Positions 20,815 through 31,361 of a DNA stretch of 64,000 bases are shown piece by piece. The notes under the pieces are model-generated. The model made no database searches. It saw only the letters and a program-made list of their open reading frames with translations, and had not been told where the DNA came from. How positions within the stretch are numbered: position 1 is the stretch's first letter; each line of letters opens with the position of its first letter. Origin of the DNA: Pseudomonadota bacterium (GTDB taxonomy: Bacteria; Desulfobacterota; Desulfobacteria; Desulfobacterales; RPRI01); the NCBI GenBank assembly GCA_043825875.1, contig JBDRRF010000035.1:17751-81750 (forward strand). The letters are read 5' to 3'. A program made the position numbers and the translations under genes.

Positions 20815-22105
20815 GGGTGGAAGGGTTATAGACCCAGGGAACATCGACGGGGTTATGGATATCCTTATAAAAAACGACAGGATAATCGATATAACGCCTT
20901 TGGAGAAATCTGAAAGCAATACTTCTGAATTATTAAAAAAATATACTGCTATCAGAATAATTGATGCTTCCGGCAAAATAGTTGTTCCGGGATTAATTGA
21001 CATGCATGTTCATTTAAGGGAACCCGGGCAGGAATATAAAGAAACAATTGAATCAGGGACACTTGCAGCTGCTTCAGGTGGTTTTACAAGCGTTTGCGCA
21101 ATGCCAAATACCATTCCTGTAAATGATAACAGTCAAGTTACCAGATATATTTTAAACAGGGCCAAAGATGTCGGAAAAGTAAATGTATATCCTGTTGCAG
21201 CAATAAGTGTTGGCCTTAATGGAAACAGGCTTTGTGAATATGGCGATTTAAAAGAAGCCGGAGCTGTAGCAATTTCTGATGACGGACATCCGGTATCAAA
21301 CAGCCGCCTAATGAGAAGAGCAATGGAATATGCTAAGGGGTTCGGGTTACCAGTGATTTCGCATTGCGAAGTAAGTGAACTTTCATCGGGCGGATCAATG
21401 AATGAGGGTTTTGTCGCCACTAGAATGGGTTTGGCAGGAATACCGAATGAAGCTGAAAGCATAATGGTTGCAAGAGATATTGCTTTATGCGAACTTACAG
21501 GCGCACATCTTCACATAGCGCATGTAAGTACTTTCCAATCCCTTAGGGCTATAAGAGATGCCAAAAAAAGAGGCCTTCCGGTTACCGCTGAAACTGCCCC
21601 GCATTATTTTACCCTAACAGAAGAAGCCGTTTATGGATATAATACCAATGCAAAGATGAACCCGCCTCTGCGATCCGAAACTGACAGAAATGCAATCAGA
21701 GAAGGGCTTGCTGATGGAACAATTGATGTTATCGCAACCGACCATGCCCCGCATTCCAGCCTTGAAAAAGATGTTGAATTTGATTTGGCTGCAAACGGAA
21801 TTGTAGGTCTTGAAACATCTGTTTCGCTCGGCTTAAAGCTTGTTGAGGAAGGCATTATCAGTCTTTCCGTACTGATAGAAAAAATGTCTTCTAATCCGGC
21901 ACGCATCTTAGGTTTTGACAAGAGTCTAAAAAAAGGAAACATTGCAGACATTACAGTTATTGATACTAATATGCCATACACTGTTGATTCGGATTTATTT
22001 TGTTCTCTTGGCCGTAATACCCCGTTTAATGGATGGGAAATCAAAGGAAGAACAAATCTTACAATGGTAGCCGGAAAAATTGTATATGAAAATATAATTT
22101 CTTGA
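20798..22105 (+). CDS. pyrC: dihydroorotase
   Basis: [32 protein letters not shown]; overlaps pyrB. Confidence 0.96.
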   Translation: MLTLIKGGRVIDPGNIDGVMDILIKNDRIIDITPLEKSESNTSELLKKYTAIRIIDASGKIVVPGLIDMHVHLREPGQEYKETIESGTLAAASGGFTSVCAMPNTIPVNDNSQVTRYILNRAKDVGKVNVYPVAAISVGLNGNRLCEYGDLKEAGAVAISDDGHPVSNSRLMRRAMEYAKGFGLPVISHCEVSELSSGGSMNEGFVATRMGLAGIPNEAESIMVARDIALCELTGAHLHIAHVSTFQSLRAIRDAKKRGLPVTAETAPHYFTLTEEAVYGYNTNAKMNPPLRSETDRNAIREGLADGTIDVIATDHAPHSSLEKDVEFDLAANGIVGLETSVSLGLKLVEEGIISLSVLIEKMSSNPARILGFDKSLKKGNIADITVIDTNMPYTVDSDLFCSLGRNTPFNGWEIKGRTNLTMVAGKIVYENIIS

Positions 22106-22112
22106 ACTTACT

Positions 22113-23525
22113 ATGCTTATGAATAAAAAAAACTTTAATATACTTGTTGTTGATGATGAAGAAAGCATGAGAGAATTGCTGGATGTAATTTTGTCAAGGG
22201 AGGGATACAATATTACATCAGCAGGAAGTGGGGGCAAGGCAATCTCCTGGCTTGGAAAAAAAGATTTTGATCTTCTCCTTTGCGATATCAGGCTGGGGGA
22301 TATGACAGGAATTGATGTCCTCAAGGCAGCAAAGATGAAAGATCCTAATTCTGTTGTTATCATGATTTCTGCCTATGCTTCTGCTGAAACAGCGATTGAA
22401 GCCATGAACAGCGGGGCATATGACTATGTTCCTAAACCTTTCAACAATGAGGAGCTTAAACTTACCATTGCTAACGCTCTTGAATTAAAGACCATAGAGC
22501 AGGAAAAGAAATATATTGATAATGAACTTAAAAAACAGCTTCATTTCGGGAAAATAATAGGAAACAGTCCCGCCATGATGCATGTTTACAATCTTATAAA
22601 GCAGGTTGGAAAAACTAAAACCAGCGTACTTATCACAGGCGAAAGCGGAACCGGCAAGGAACTTATAGCAAAGGCCATCCGTGATGAAAGCAATCGCCGT
22701 GACAAGCCTTTTGTTGTGATAAACTGTGCCGGTATTCCTGAAACATTAATGGAGAGCGAGCTTTTCGGGCATAAGAAAGGGGCTTTCACGGGAGCGGCAT
22801 ATGATAAGAAAGGGCTTTTTGAGCTTGCCGATAAAGGGACCGTTTTTTTAGATGAGATAGGTGAGCTTAGCATACATCTCCAGGTAAAACTTCTAAGGGT
22901 TGTCCAGGAAAGAGTATTTAAACCTGTTGGAGGTATTGAAGATGTTGCAGTTGATATAAGGATAATATCTGCAACGAATAAAGATCTTACAAGCGAAGTA
23001 ATAGAAGAGCGTTTCAGGGAAGATCTTTTCTACAGATTAAATGTTATAGAGATAAAATTGCCTCCTTTAAGAGAGAGAAAAAGCGATATTCGTGCTCTTG
23101 CCCAGCATTTTCTTGAAAAGTATTCCAATGAAATGGGAAAGGAGGTTACGAAATTATCTTCTTATGCTATAGATCTTTTAAATAAATATGAATTTCCCGG
23201 AAATATCCGGGAGCTTGAGAATTTAATGGAAAGAAGTGTAGCCATTAGTGATACAAATATTCTTCTTCCTGAAAGTCTTTCTATTTCTATGCATAAGAGA
23301 AGACGCTTTGTTGAAGGAGTTAAAGGGCGAAGATTTGATTTAAACGATGTTGAAAACGGTGTTGCTCTTGATGTAATACTTGAAGATCTTGAAAAAGCTT
23401 ATGTAAAGAAGGCATTGGAATGTTCAGGCGGTGATAAGATAAAATCTGCTGAATTACTAGGGATAAACATAAGATCAATGAGATATCGTCTTGAAAAACA
23501 CCACCTAGACAGTAAAGGTGAATAA
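22113..23525 (+). CDS. sigma54-dependent response regulator (NtrC/PilR-like: REC-AAA+-Fis HTH)
   Basis: LVVDDE receiver, GESGTGKE, ESELFGH..GAFTGA, FLDEIGE, FREDLFYRL, PGNIRELEN. Confidence 0.93.
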   Translation: MLMNKKNFNILVVDDEESMRELLDVILSREGYNITSAGSGGKAISWLGKKDFDLLLCDIRLGDMTGIDVLKAAKMKDPNSVVIMISAYASAETAIEAMNSGAYDYVPKPFNNEELKLTIANALELKTIEQEKKYIDNELKKQLHFGKIIGNSPAMMHVYNLIKQVGKTKTSVLITGESGTGKELIAKAIRDESNRRDKPFVVINCAGIPETLMESELFGHKKGAFTGAAYDKKGLFELADKGTVFLDEIGELSIHLQVKLLRVVQERVFKPVGGIEDVAVDIRIISATNKDLTSEVIEERFREDLFYRLNVIEIKLPPLRERKSDIRALAQHFLEKYSNEMGKEVTKLSSYAIDLLNKYEFPGNIRELENLMERSVAISDTNILLPESLSISMHKRRRFVEGVKGRRFDLNDVENGVALDVILEDLEKAYVKKALECSGGDKIKSAELLGINIRSMRYRLEKHHLDSKGE

Positions 23526-23774
23526 GGTCTTTTGATATGGCTGATGCCGGTTAAGCATGTATTTTTCGTTAATTGATTTACAGGCAGACATCAGAATAAC
23601 TGTAATTGAGGCTAATCTAATAATAAATAGAATGTTAAGCTTTGTCATAATTCCACGTATAGAATCTGATTCTGATCCAAAATGTTGACACCTATCTTCC
23701 TATCCTCAATAAAAAACAATATCAGCAATCTAATCCCGGTTACCATTGCTTCTCGATAATCATAGACGTGGCAA

Positions 23775-24053
23775 TCATTTCTTCGACCGATTTTCCATAA
23801 AAACCGAAATCATCAAAACACCGATTGCAAGATTCAATATCAGCAAACCGATTAAAGTATCTGAAAACTGCTGAGGCCATCCATCCCATGCAAACCAGCC
23901 ACAAAACATTATGGTGCTGTATAAAAATGGCAGCATCACATACTTTCCCATTTTCTCGCGATTTGCCGTATAGGCTATTGTAAAAATTAAACCACTGAGG
24001 AAAACTATTATTGCAATCGCATCAACAACATTTATATCTGCATACTTACTTAT
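23775..24053 (-). pseudogene. small 3-TM membrane protein ORF lacking a canonical start (ATA after GGGAG); pseudogene or non-canonical start
   Basis: 92-codon open frame (I)SKYADINVVDAIAIIVFLSGLIFTIAY...LLILNLAIGVLMISVFMENRSKK*; SD-like GGGAG 9 nt upstream of ATA; absent from ORF track. Confidence 0.45.
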
Positions 24054-24253
24054 GGCCTGATACTCCCTATTTTTCCAACAATATGCTAATTACCTTTATA
24101 ACGTTGTGCTTTTTCCGGATGATCAATCAAGCTTCTACAATCAGAGGCTTGGGTTCCATTGATAATCGGAGTTCTACCTGGTCTCTTATTAACAATAATA
24201 CCATCCAGTTTACAAATACTTTATTTGGGCATTTTTCGATTCAGAAAAAAAGA

Positions 24254-24303
24254 TTGACACTCACACGTGTCTATCATATGACATTCATGTCATATGATAG
24301 ACA
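24254..24303 (+). promoter_or_regulatory. putative promoter overlapped by a perfect 17-bp inverted-repeat operator
   Basis: TTGACA (24254) then TGTCTATCATATGACAT-TC-ATGTCATATGATAGACA (24268-24303). Confidence 0.65.
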
Positions 24304-24460
24304 GTTTGTAATATCCCTAATACTATAGATACTTACACAAAAGTTGATCCAACAGCTTAAAATCCTTTGAAAAAATTAATGATTTAATAAACGGAGTGTA
24401 TATATCATATTATCATATCCTATAAAACATACGCGGGCTTTTGAAACTACTAACACAAAG

Positions 24461-26065
24461 TTGGAAAATTCCGAGATTGATATGCTATCAGAGGATTGGT
24501 CGGATGATAGGATGGAAAGTATTATCCGACTCTGGGAAGTTTTGCGAACTATCGGAACATTAGATAAAAAGTTTAAATTTATAACCGATGCCGTTAATGA
24601 TGTTATTAAAACCGAATTTACAACACTTTGGATTGTCAAAGAAGGGGACAGATGTAATTCAGGTTGTACTTTTTCAGAAAAGTTATCTGGGAACATAACT
24701 TGCGAAGGCAATATTGAATGTCTTCACCTTACAGCAAGTTCCGGTGGCTATAGTAACTTTAATACAGATCTAAACAGGATACCATTAAGCCATTTTAAAG
24801 CAGGAAATTTTTTAATAACTAATAGTCACGATTCTTTAATAAATAGGATTATTAAAGATTTATTTATACATAATGAAAACTGTGCAAACGGACTTGGCAT
24901 AAAATCTGTTGCCGGATTCAAACTTTTTTCGGAATCTGACAATGTAATAGGTGTACTTGCCGTGTTCAGCAAACAAATTATAAGTAATGCTGATATTGTT
25001 CATATCGAATGCTTCTCCAATTTGGCAGCTCAGGTTATAAAAAATTCTCAACTGGAAGATTCACTGATAAAATATCGTGAACACCTCGAGGGACTCATAA
25101 AAGTACGTACCGATGATCTGATGGAAACCAACCGGAAATTACAAAAGATTGTCAAGGAAAAAGCCCATATTGAAAAATCTCTTATAGAAAGCGAAAAAAG
25201 GTTTCGCAGCTTTCTCGATAATTCATATGATGTTATTTACTTTATGAATTTTAAAACATCAAAATTCGAATATCTAAGCCCGTCTTCCAAAAAAATAACC
25301 GGTTATACTCCCGAAGAAATCATATATTTGCAGGAAAGCGGAAATTTTGACTTCCTTCATCCTGAAGAGGAAGATAATGTCCATGAATTCTTTAAACAGC
25401 TGAACATTCGTCCGGATGAGGATGATATTAACAGAACCATAACCTTCAGAATGAAACACAAAACAAATGGCCACCGCTGGGTCAGCACCACGCGTTCCGT
25501 TATTTTTGATGAAAATGGAGAACCGGCAGCTATTGTTGGTAATCTTAGAGATATTACCGATATAAAAAATGCTGAAGAACAAGAAAAGAAAATGAAAGAT
25601 AATCTTGAAAACATGGTTCAGGAGCGCACAGTTGAACTTGAGAAGAACAACACAGCCTTAGAAGTACTTTTAAAAAAGCGGGAAATGGATAAAACTAAGC
25701 TTGAAGAAAAACTGATTTTTAATATTAAGCAATTAATTGTTCCGTATCTTGAAAGATTAAATAATACTACATTAGATAATTATCAGGAGAATTTGATACA
25801 TATTATTGAAGCGAACTTAAATGACATTCTTACTCCGCTTATTCCGTTTGTTTCTCCTTCTCAGATTGACCTGACACCTTCGGAAATTCAGGTTGCAAGC
25901 CTTATAAAGCTGGGAAAAACCACCAAGGAGATAGCAAACACTTTACACCTGGCTATGAGCACAATCCATTTCCACAGAGATAATATAAGAAATAAAATCG
26001 GAATTAAAAACAAAAAGGTTAATCTTAGAAGCTATCTTTTATCTTCGGAACAAAACATATGGTGA
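24461..26065 (+). CDS. GAF-PAS-LuxR transcriptional regulator
   Basis: Cys-rich GAF-like N-terminus, [11 protein letters not shown] (ITGY, LHPEE, RDIT), C-terminal [34 protein letters not shown]; start codon uncertain (TTG). Confidence 0.9.
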   Translation: MENSEIDMLSEDWSDDRMESIIRLWEVLRTIGTLDKKFKFITDAVNDVIKTEFTTLWIVKEGDRCNSGCTFSEKLSGNITCEGNIECLHLTASSGGYSNFNTDLNRIPLSHFKAGNFLITNSHDSLINRIIKDLFIHNENCANGLGIKSVAGFKLFSESDNVIGVLAVFSKQIISNADIVHIECFSNLAAQVIKNSQLEDSLIKYREHLEGLIKVRTDDLMETNRKLQKIVKEKAHIEKSLIESEKRFRSFLDNSYDVIYFMNFKTSKFEYLSPSSKKITGYTPEEIIYLQESGNFDFLHPEEEDNVHEFFKQLNIRPDEDDINRTITFRMKHKTNGHRWVSTTRSVIFDENGEPAAIVGNLRDITDIKNAEEQEKKMKDNLENMVQERTVELEKNNTALEVLLKKREMDKTKLEEKLIFNIKQLIVPYLERLNNTTLDNYQENLIHIIEANLNDILTPLIPFVSPSQIDLTPSEIQVASLIKLGKTTKEIANTLHLAMSTIHFHRDNIRNKIGIKNKKVNLRSYLLSSEQNIW

Positions 26066-26092
26066 GTTTTCATAATTTTTTTATCTGTTGCC

Positions 26093-27478
26093 CTATCTGT
26101 TGTCGACGATTCTTCTTTTCTGCTGCCTGCCCCCTCTTCTTAAAATACCCGCTTCTACAAACTGAATTTCGGGATTTCCCATAAGACCTTTTTCCATATT
26201 TTTCTTAATAGACGGTACGGAATTTATGCAGCCGATGATCCTGGCTGTTAAATCATCCTGATTTTTCAGTACCTCAACACAGCATTTAATATGATCCAGG
26301 CCGTCTTTTCTGGTGATAAATATTCTGTAATCTATGAGCTCAGAAATGGCGTATAATCTGTCATCAAAAAGAGATGTATATATTTTATCGTCTTCTCCGA
26401 TATTGACAATCAGTGCTTTTCTTCTTGGGATTTCACCGATTCTAAGCAAAGTACAAGCACCACATTCACAGGGACTTCGGATAAGCCGGGCAAGATCTCC
26501 TGTACGATAGCGAATCAAAGGCATGCCAATACGATTTAAAGTAGTAAAAACCAGCTCTCCTTCCTCTTCTTCATTATTTATCGGCTCACCTGTTTTAAAA
26601 TCTACTATTTCAAAATAAAGATCACATTCATTAAAATGGTATCCCTTGTGTGCTGTGCATTCTATACCGATAGCAAAGCCAGGTTCTGTCATTCCGTAAT
26701 GATGGTATACTTTTGCATTCCAAGCTTTTTCTAAAGCCTTCCGCATGGCAGGGGAAAGATATTCGGAGGTGATAAAAACGAATTTTACGCCAATATCGGC
26801 CAGATCAAAAACAGACTCGGATTCTTTTGTCATGCGCCATATGCGAAAGGCTGATCCCATGATCATATCCGGTTTAAATGCTTTTATGCTTTCAATCTGA
26901 GATGGGGTAGGGCTGTCGCACTGACCGATTAACGGAATTCCGTTAAGATTTTTTACTCCTTTTGCAATCATTCCGGCCATGCTAAGCGGAGGAGAATTAT
27001 CGGGCAAAAATATCTGAACTTTGCATCCGTCAAAACAATATTGATCGTTTCCGTCCGAAACAACAGTGTGCATTATTGCTGCCATGGATTCTATGATTGC
27101 ATCTGCATCCTGCTGTGTGAAAAATATTTTTTTGGGTTTTCCGGTAGTACCTGTTGTAAAATGACTGTATATCCTGTCAATTTTTCCCAATGAAACACAA
27201 AGGAGCTTATAAGGGCTGTTTCTTAAATCATCGGGTTCGGTAAAAGGAAGATGTCTGATACTTTCAAGAGAATCAATTTTGGCGATTTTATCTTTAAGAG
27301 ATTTATAAAATACACTGTTATCGGCAGCATAGCAAAGTGTCTTTATAAGCCTGTCAAGCTGATACTGCTCAATATCCTTGCGGGTAATGCAGTCTGGGTT
27401 TTGACCGAATTGTTTTCGTGAGCAGTTTTTATTAAAAAACTCTTTAATTTTGTTATGAATCCATTTTTCCAGGATCAT
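26093..27478 (-). CDS. AMP-dependent CoA ligase, phenylacetate-CoA ligase-like (DVU_1553-type)
   Basis: TTGTTGKPKKIFFT P-loop, HYGMTE, MPLIRYRTGD, CECG. Confidence 0.88.
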   Translation of the reverse strand: MILEKWIHNKIKEFFNKNCSRKQFGQNPDCITRKDIEQYQLDRLIKTLCYAADNSVFYKSLKDKIAKIDSLESIRHLPFTEPDDLRNSPYKLLCVSLGKIDRIYSHFTTGTTGKPKKIFFTQQDADAIIESMAAIMHTVVSDGNDQYCFDGCKVQIFLPDNSPPLSMAGMIAKGVKNLNGIPLIGQCDSPTPSQIESIKAFKPDMIMGSAFRIWRMTKESESVFDLADIGVKFVFITSEYLSPAMRKALEKAWNAKVYHHYGMTEPGFAIGIECTAHKGYHFNECDLYFEIVDFKTGEPINNEEEEGELVFTTLNRIGMPLIRYRTGDLARLIRSPCECGACTLLRIGEIPRRKALIVNIGEDDKIYTSLFDDRLYAISELIDYRIFITRKDGLDHIKCCVEVLKNQDDLTARIIGCINSVPSIKKNMEKGLMGNPEIQFVEAGILRRGGRQQKRRIVDNR

Positions 27479-27496
27479 TTTGCTTTTTTATCTCTT

Positions 27497-28642
27497 TTAA
27501 TTATTTATTCTTTTACCTATCGGCCCAAGCTTGTCATTTCGTGATGGCAGTATAATAGTCGATTTTGCAGGCATAACATCGTCACCTCTTTGATTAATAG
27601 CTTTTGATACTATATCAACACAGCATTCTTTCTTATCATCTATATATTTATCTGTAACATAGCCGGAAATTCTGATGGCATCCGAAAGATAAACCAGCCT
27701 CTTAAATCTTGCATGGCTGCTTTTTATCCAGCCATTATCACCCATCCAGTTTGTCAGAAAATGGATAAGCCAGCAATGCCTTTGAACAGCCGTATCATAA
27801 GGATAAGGCAAACCGCATTCATTGGCTGCATCAATATTATAATGTACACTAAAAACCGGTTCCATAGCTGATGTTTTGCTGTCTCTAAATGCCCAGGCCG
27901 GATGTTTGCGATAAGTTTTAAGAGCTAATCCATGAGCCTGTAATGGAACCGGCGAAGCGCCAATGCAAAAGGATATAATATCAGTTATCCCCAAAGGGCC
28001 TTTTATGATTTCGGGTAATACTTTGCCTTTGTCAACATCTTCATAATAAAGCGGCTTTTTACCCCGGTATTTTTCTGCAAGCACATGATCTTCAATTTCT
28101 TCCAGTTCCTGTAATGTCCATGGATGAGGCAATTTAATTTTTTTGCCGGAAACATCTTGTTCATCCGGGCTTCGTTCAACCCTGAATGCAGAAGAGTTGA
28201 CGCTGGCAACCAAATGGTCATTCTGATTTATAAATTTTACTTCCTGCTGTTCATAAACGGATTTGCCGTAAAATTGGCTGTTGACCTTTTTGCATCCTGT
28301 CAAAAAACATTGAGGGCTGATCCGGTCATTTACTAGTACGGGTTTGTAGTATTGCCAGTCTACACTTGTTTGTAAAGCATGCACTCCCGGCAAACCCTGC
28401 AATACCCATGTAGGAAGAACGCTGTTAAGCCATGATGGCGGAGCCGGAAGTGTTTTATAAGAAGTTGAATCGGCATAATTTATATCTCTCCACAAAATAT
28501 TGGGATCGCCTATGCCGTCGGCAAACTTTTTAATCGCATCTTCTGTGGCGACACTGTTAAATTGATAGTTAACACGAAGTTGTTTTCCTACCCGGATTCT
28601 CATTTCTTCAAACGCTGCATCCGTAATCTTACTCTTTTCCAT
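27497..28642 (-). CDS. double hot-dog MaoC-family acyl-CoA dehydratase
   Basis: AIKKFADGIGDPNILW, APPSW, YYEDV..G..LP, VHY...LTNWMGD.GW. Confidence 0.82.
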   Translation of the reverse strand: MEKSKITDAAFEEMRIRVGKQLRVNYQFNSVATEDAIKKFADGIGDPNILWRDINYADSTSYKTLPAPPSWLNSVLPTWVLQGLPGVHALQTSVDWQYYKPVLVNDRISPQCFLTGCKKVNSQFYGKSVYEQQEVKFINQNDHLVASVNSSAFRVERSPDEQDVSGKKIKLPHPWTLQELEEIEDHVLAEKYRGKKPLYYEDVDKGKVLPEIIKGPLGITDIISFCIGASPVPLQAHGLALKTYRKHPAWAFRDSKTSAMEPVFSVHYNIDAANECGLPYPYDTAVQRHCWLIHFLTNWMGDNGWIKSSHARFKRLVYLSDAIRISGYVTDKYIDDKKECCVDIVSKAINQRGDDVMPAKSTIILPSRNDKLGPIGKRINN

Positions 28643-28656
28643 ACACTCATTTATCC

Positions 28657-30051
28657 TTAATAATTGCTAAGTCTATGCTGTATTTTGTTGTGCAGACTGT
28701 CACCATGCGAGCCGGTCAAATAGTAACTGCAAAAAGGAATCAGCCGCTTATCTGTTGTTATTACGTGGATGCAGCAACCCTTAAGTCTTTTAAGATCAAT
28801 TGTCCAGGCATCCATAAAAGGCATCCCCGATATGGATAAATAGTGTGTTTGAATCCGTTCGTGAAAATTATTGAAAGGTCCGTTTGGGGTTTTGCATGAA
28901 CATTGTTTTGTTGCAGGTTCTATAAATCTGGCTTTTTCAGTGATAAAACGACGCACATGAGCAGTCGGGCTTTCTTTCTTTTGGGCTTGCATACGGTTTG
29001 TTTTGTTTTCAATTAGAGTGGAATTGTCAGGATGAAAACGGGTAGTCGTCTGTAGTTTGCCCTTATCATTTAAGATATAAAATCCTGAAAAGCCGCAATG
29101 AGAATCCATTTTTCTGCGTGGCTGGAAATCATTAACCTTGATTTCGCCATGGGTTTGGATTTCAAGCAATCGTAATATTTCAGGAGTAGTAATTCTACTC
29201 TCATTTGACGGGCTGAAGTTATAGCGACCGGAATAGGTAACAGGCTGGAAATGAATTCCTTTAATAACCGGCATATATTTTTTTGCAAAAAAAAGGATAT
29301 CGCCCAGTTGAGAGTCGTTTATCTTCGGAATTACAGTAGGAACCAGTTGAACTCCAAGCCTGATTTCAGAACAGTTTTCAACCGCTTTAATCTTTATATC
29401 AAAAAGGTTTGTTCCTCTTATTTTTTGGTAAATATCATCTGTCACTCCATCAAATTGAAGATAAATCAAATCAGCCCCGGCATCTTTTAAAGCCTTTAAA
29501 TAAACTTTATCTTCAGCAATCCTTATGCCGTTAGTATTAATCTGGATGTGGCCCAATCCAACGTCTTTTGCCATATGGACAATTTCAGGAAGATCATCTC
29601 TTACAGTCGGTTCTCCGCCACTTAACTGGATAGGACAGTTTCCGGCAGCAGCCACAACTGCTTCACACATTTCTTTAAGCTGTTTAATTTCGGGAGTATT
29701 TGATGATGATTGCCTGTCTCCGGCAAAACATACGGGGCAGGAAAGGTTACACTTATCTGTTACTTCCATTAAAACAGTACAGGTATCCGACTGGTGCTCC
29801 GGGCATATCCCGCAATCTTTCGGGCATCCCGATACTGTTTTTGTCTGTGTCTTTTGAGAAGGTTGAGATAATTCTCCGTAGCCCCATTCTTCATATGTTG
29901 GATCACCTCTCCAGATTACGGTTTTAAATTCGCCATGATCGGGGCAGGTTTTTTTTAGAAAGATATCTTCACCTTCTAAAATCTTTAAAGCAGGTATAAC
30001 AGCAAGGCAAAGGGGACAAACACTTGTTGTCTCGCCTATATTTTTAGGCAT
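28657..30051 (-). CDS. trsS: radical SAM protein, TrsS-type (Cys form)
   Basis: N-terminal CPLC/CPDHG and CPxDCGICPxH clusters, CNLSCPVC radical SAM motif, QLSGGEPT, C-terminal LKGCCIHV...IPFC. Confidence 0.85.
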   Translation of the reverse strand: MPKNIGETTSVCPLCLAVIPALKILEGEDIFLKKTCPDHGEFKTVIWRGDPTYEEWGYGELSQPSQKTQTKTVSGCPKDCGICPEHQSDTCTVLMEVTDKCNLSCPVCFAGDRQSSSNTPEIKQLKEMCEAVVAAAGNCPIQLSGGEPTVRDDLPEIVHMAKDVGLGHIQINTNGIRIAEDKVYLKALKDAGADLIYLQFDGVTDDIYQKIRGTNLFDIKIKAVENCSEIRLGVQLVPTVIPKINDSQLGDILFFAKKYMPVIKGIHFQPVTYSGRYNFSPSNESRITTPEILRLLEIQTHGEIKVNDFQPRRKMDSHCGFSGFYILNDKGKLQTTTRFHPDNSTLIENKTNRMQAQKKESPTAHVRRFITEKARFIEPATKQCSCKTPNGPFNNFHERIQTHYLSISGMPFMDAWTIDLKRLKGCCIHVITTDKRLIPFCSYYLTGSHGDSLHNKIQHRLSNY

Positions 30052-30060
30052 TTTACTATC

Positions 30061-30840
30061 CTATAATGGTTTACGGAAAGAAAATACAGCATATCCCGGT
30101 TTGCATTCTGTAAAAAATCTTTTCCACTCAATTTGAGTATCAGTACTGTTTTTGCCGGTTGAACAGCAGGAAATACTTCTGCCTGCAAAATGCTTCCAGA
30201 AATCATCCAATGAACCATAGCCTGAGATTAATCTGTAAGCGATTTTTTTTAATTCAATAGAATGATCTTCAAACAGTTCATTTTCAAATCCCTCTTTACA
30301 AAATACTTCGATGTATCCGGCTTTTGTCAATGCCCCGGTAAAGCAACAATTAAAAAGAACCTCATCTTTTAAATCGGAGCTTAATGGATGATTTAAGATA
30401 ACATCCGACATCGAGAATCTTCCGCCCGGTTTAAGAATCCGAAAAATCTCTTTTGCAACACGCATTTTATCAGTAAACAGAGAAAAAGCACATTCCATAA
30501 TAACCGCATCAAAAACCGAGTTGGAAAACGGCAATGATTCGGCATCGGCTAAACAAAATTCTGCTTTATTAGAAAGCGACAACTTTTGGGCTTTTTGCCT
30601 GGCAAGAGATGATGATTCAAGCGATAAATCTGTGCCTATAACCTGGCAATCAAAAAGTTCGGATAAAAAGCAAGCGCTTGATCCTCTGCCGGATGCGATA
30701 TCTAATACCAGATCTCCATTTTGAATACCGGCTGATTCGGCGGTTTTCTTTGTGAGTTCCAATCCGCCGGGATGTAATATTTCATCCAAGACCTGATTAA
30801 ACTCTTTTGCTTCATAGGCTTTAACAATAGAAGATTTCAT
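30061..30840 (-). CDS. class I SAM-dependent methyltransferase (DVU_1556/TrsM-type)
   Basis: LHPGGLELT, VLDIASGRG, DAESLPF, ECAFS, LKPGG, CCFTGA, KPGY. Confidence 0.85.
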   Translation of the reverse strand: MKSSIVKAYEAKEFNQVLDEILHPGGLELTKKTAESAGIQNGDLVLDIASGRGSSACFLSELFDCQVIGTDLSLESSSLARQKAQKLSLSNKAEFCLADAESLPFSNSVFDAVIMECAFSLFTDKMRVAKEIFRILKPGGRFSMSDVILNHPLSSDLKDEVLFNCCFTGALTKAGYIEVFCKEGFENELFEDHSIELKKIAYRLISGYGSLDDFWKHFAGRSISCCSTGKNSTDTQIEWKRFFTECKPGYAVFSFRKPL

Positions 30841-30859
30841 GTAAGCATAGCTTTAAATT

Positions 30860-31048
30860 TTATCCGAACTTTGCTTCCATTTCGGCTTCGGTTTTGTTCA
30901 TTTCCATGGCTACTTCTTCAGTTATAAATTTTATCTTACATCCGGGGCATTCCAGACCGCTTTGAAAACCAAGCATTTCATAATAAATTAAAGAAAGATC
31001 TTTTACTTCCATTGGTTTTTCACATTTACAGCATTGCCAATTTGACAT
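30860..31048 (-). CDS. small CxxC...CxxC redox/zinc-ribbon protein (DVU_1557-type)
   Basis: WQCCKC...CPGC..FITEE.A...E..MEAK; GAGGAG RBS. Confidence 0.8.
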   Translation of the reverse strand: MSNWQCCKCEKPMEVKDLSLIYYEMLGFQSGLECPGCKIKFITEEVAMEMNKTEAEMEAKFG

Positions 31049-31051
31049 TTT

Positions 31052-31330
31052 TCAGCTCTCCTCATCAAAAGCGCTTTTTACACAATACGCAGTATGAATT
31101 TTATAGATATCAGCATCTTTTGAATACCTTACAAAATAAAGCGCATTGCCGATAGTTTTTTTGCCTAAAAATTCATTATTGCCGGTATCACAAAGCTTTT
31201 CATTTGTTGTTTCGGAATCATAAATGACCATTTTAAGCTCATCATCCAAAATGCCTCTTGATTCCAGCAGTTCCGAAACTTCAGAGCTTTTATTTATATT
31301 GATTGTTTCATATCCTTCCGCATTGCTCAT
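31052..31330 (-). CDS. hypothetical protein resembling the C-terminal domain of DVU_1558-type oxidoreductases
   Basis: LLESRGILDDELKMVI...YFVRYS...IHTAY pattern; AGGAG RBS; operon position. Confidence 0.7.
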   Translation of the reverse strand: MSNAEGYETININKSSEVSELLESRGILDDELKMVIYDSETTNEKLCDTGNNEFLGKKTIGNALYFVRYSKDADIYKIHTAYCVKSAFDEES

Positions 31331-31361
31331 TAGTTACTCTCCTTTGTTTATCTGCAAGGCT

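Noticed and set aside
23630..24110. Possible minus-strand gene cassette (GTTATAA upstream of the 3-TM ORF)
   Set aside because: No attC arm structure found and the candidate inverse core is far from the stop codon.
24011..24328. 105-aa plus-strand ORF
   Set aside because: No RBS or recognisable motif; runs through the operator palindrome.
28657..30051. TrsS as a selenoprotein
   Set aside because: No internal TGA; the C-terminal motif is GCCIHV with Cys codons.
30860..31330. In-frame TGA (31052-31054) joining the 92-aa and 62-aa ORFs as possible selenocysteine readthrough
   Set aside because: The TGA is in a linker, not a Cys-equivalent motif; the downstream ORF has its own GAGGAG and ATG; no convincing SECIS hairpin seen.
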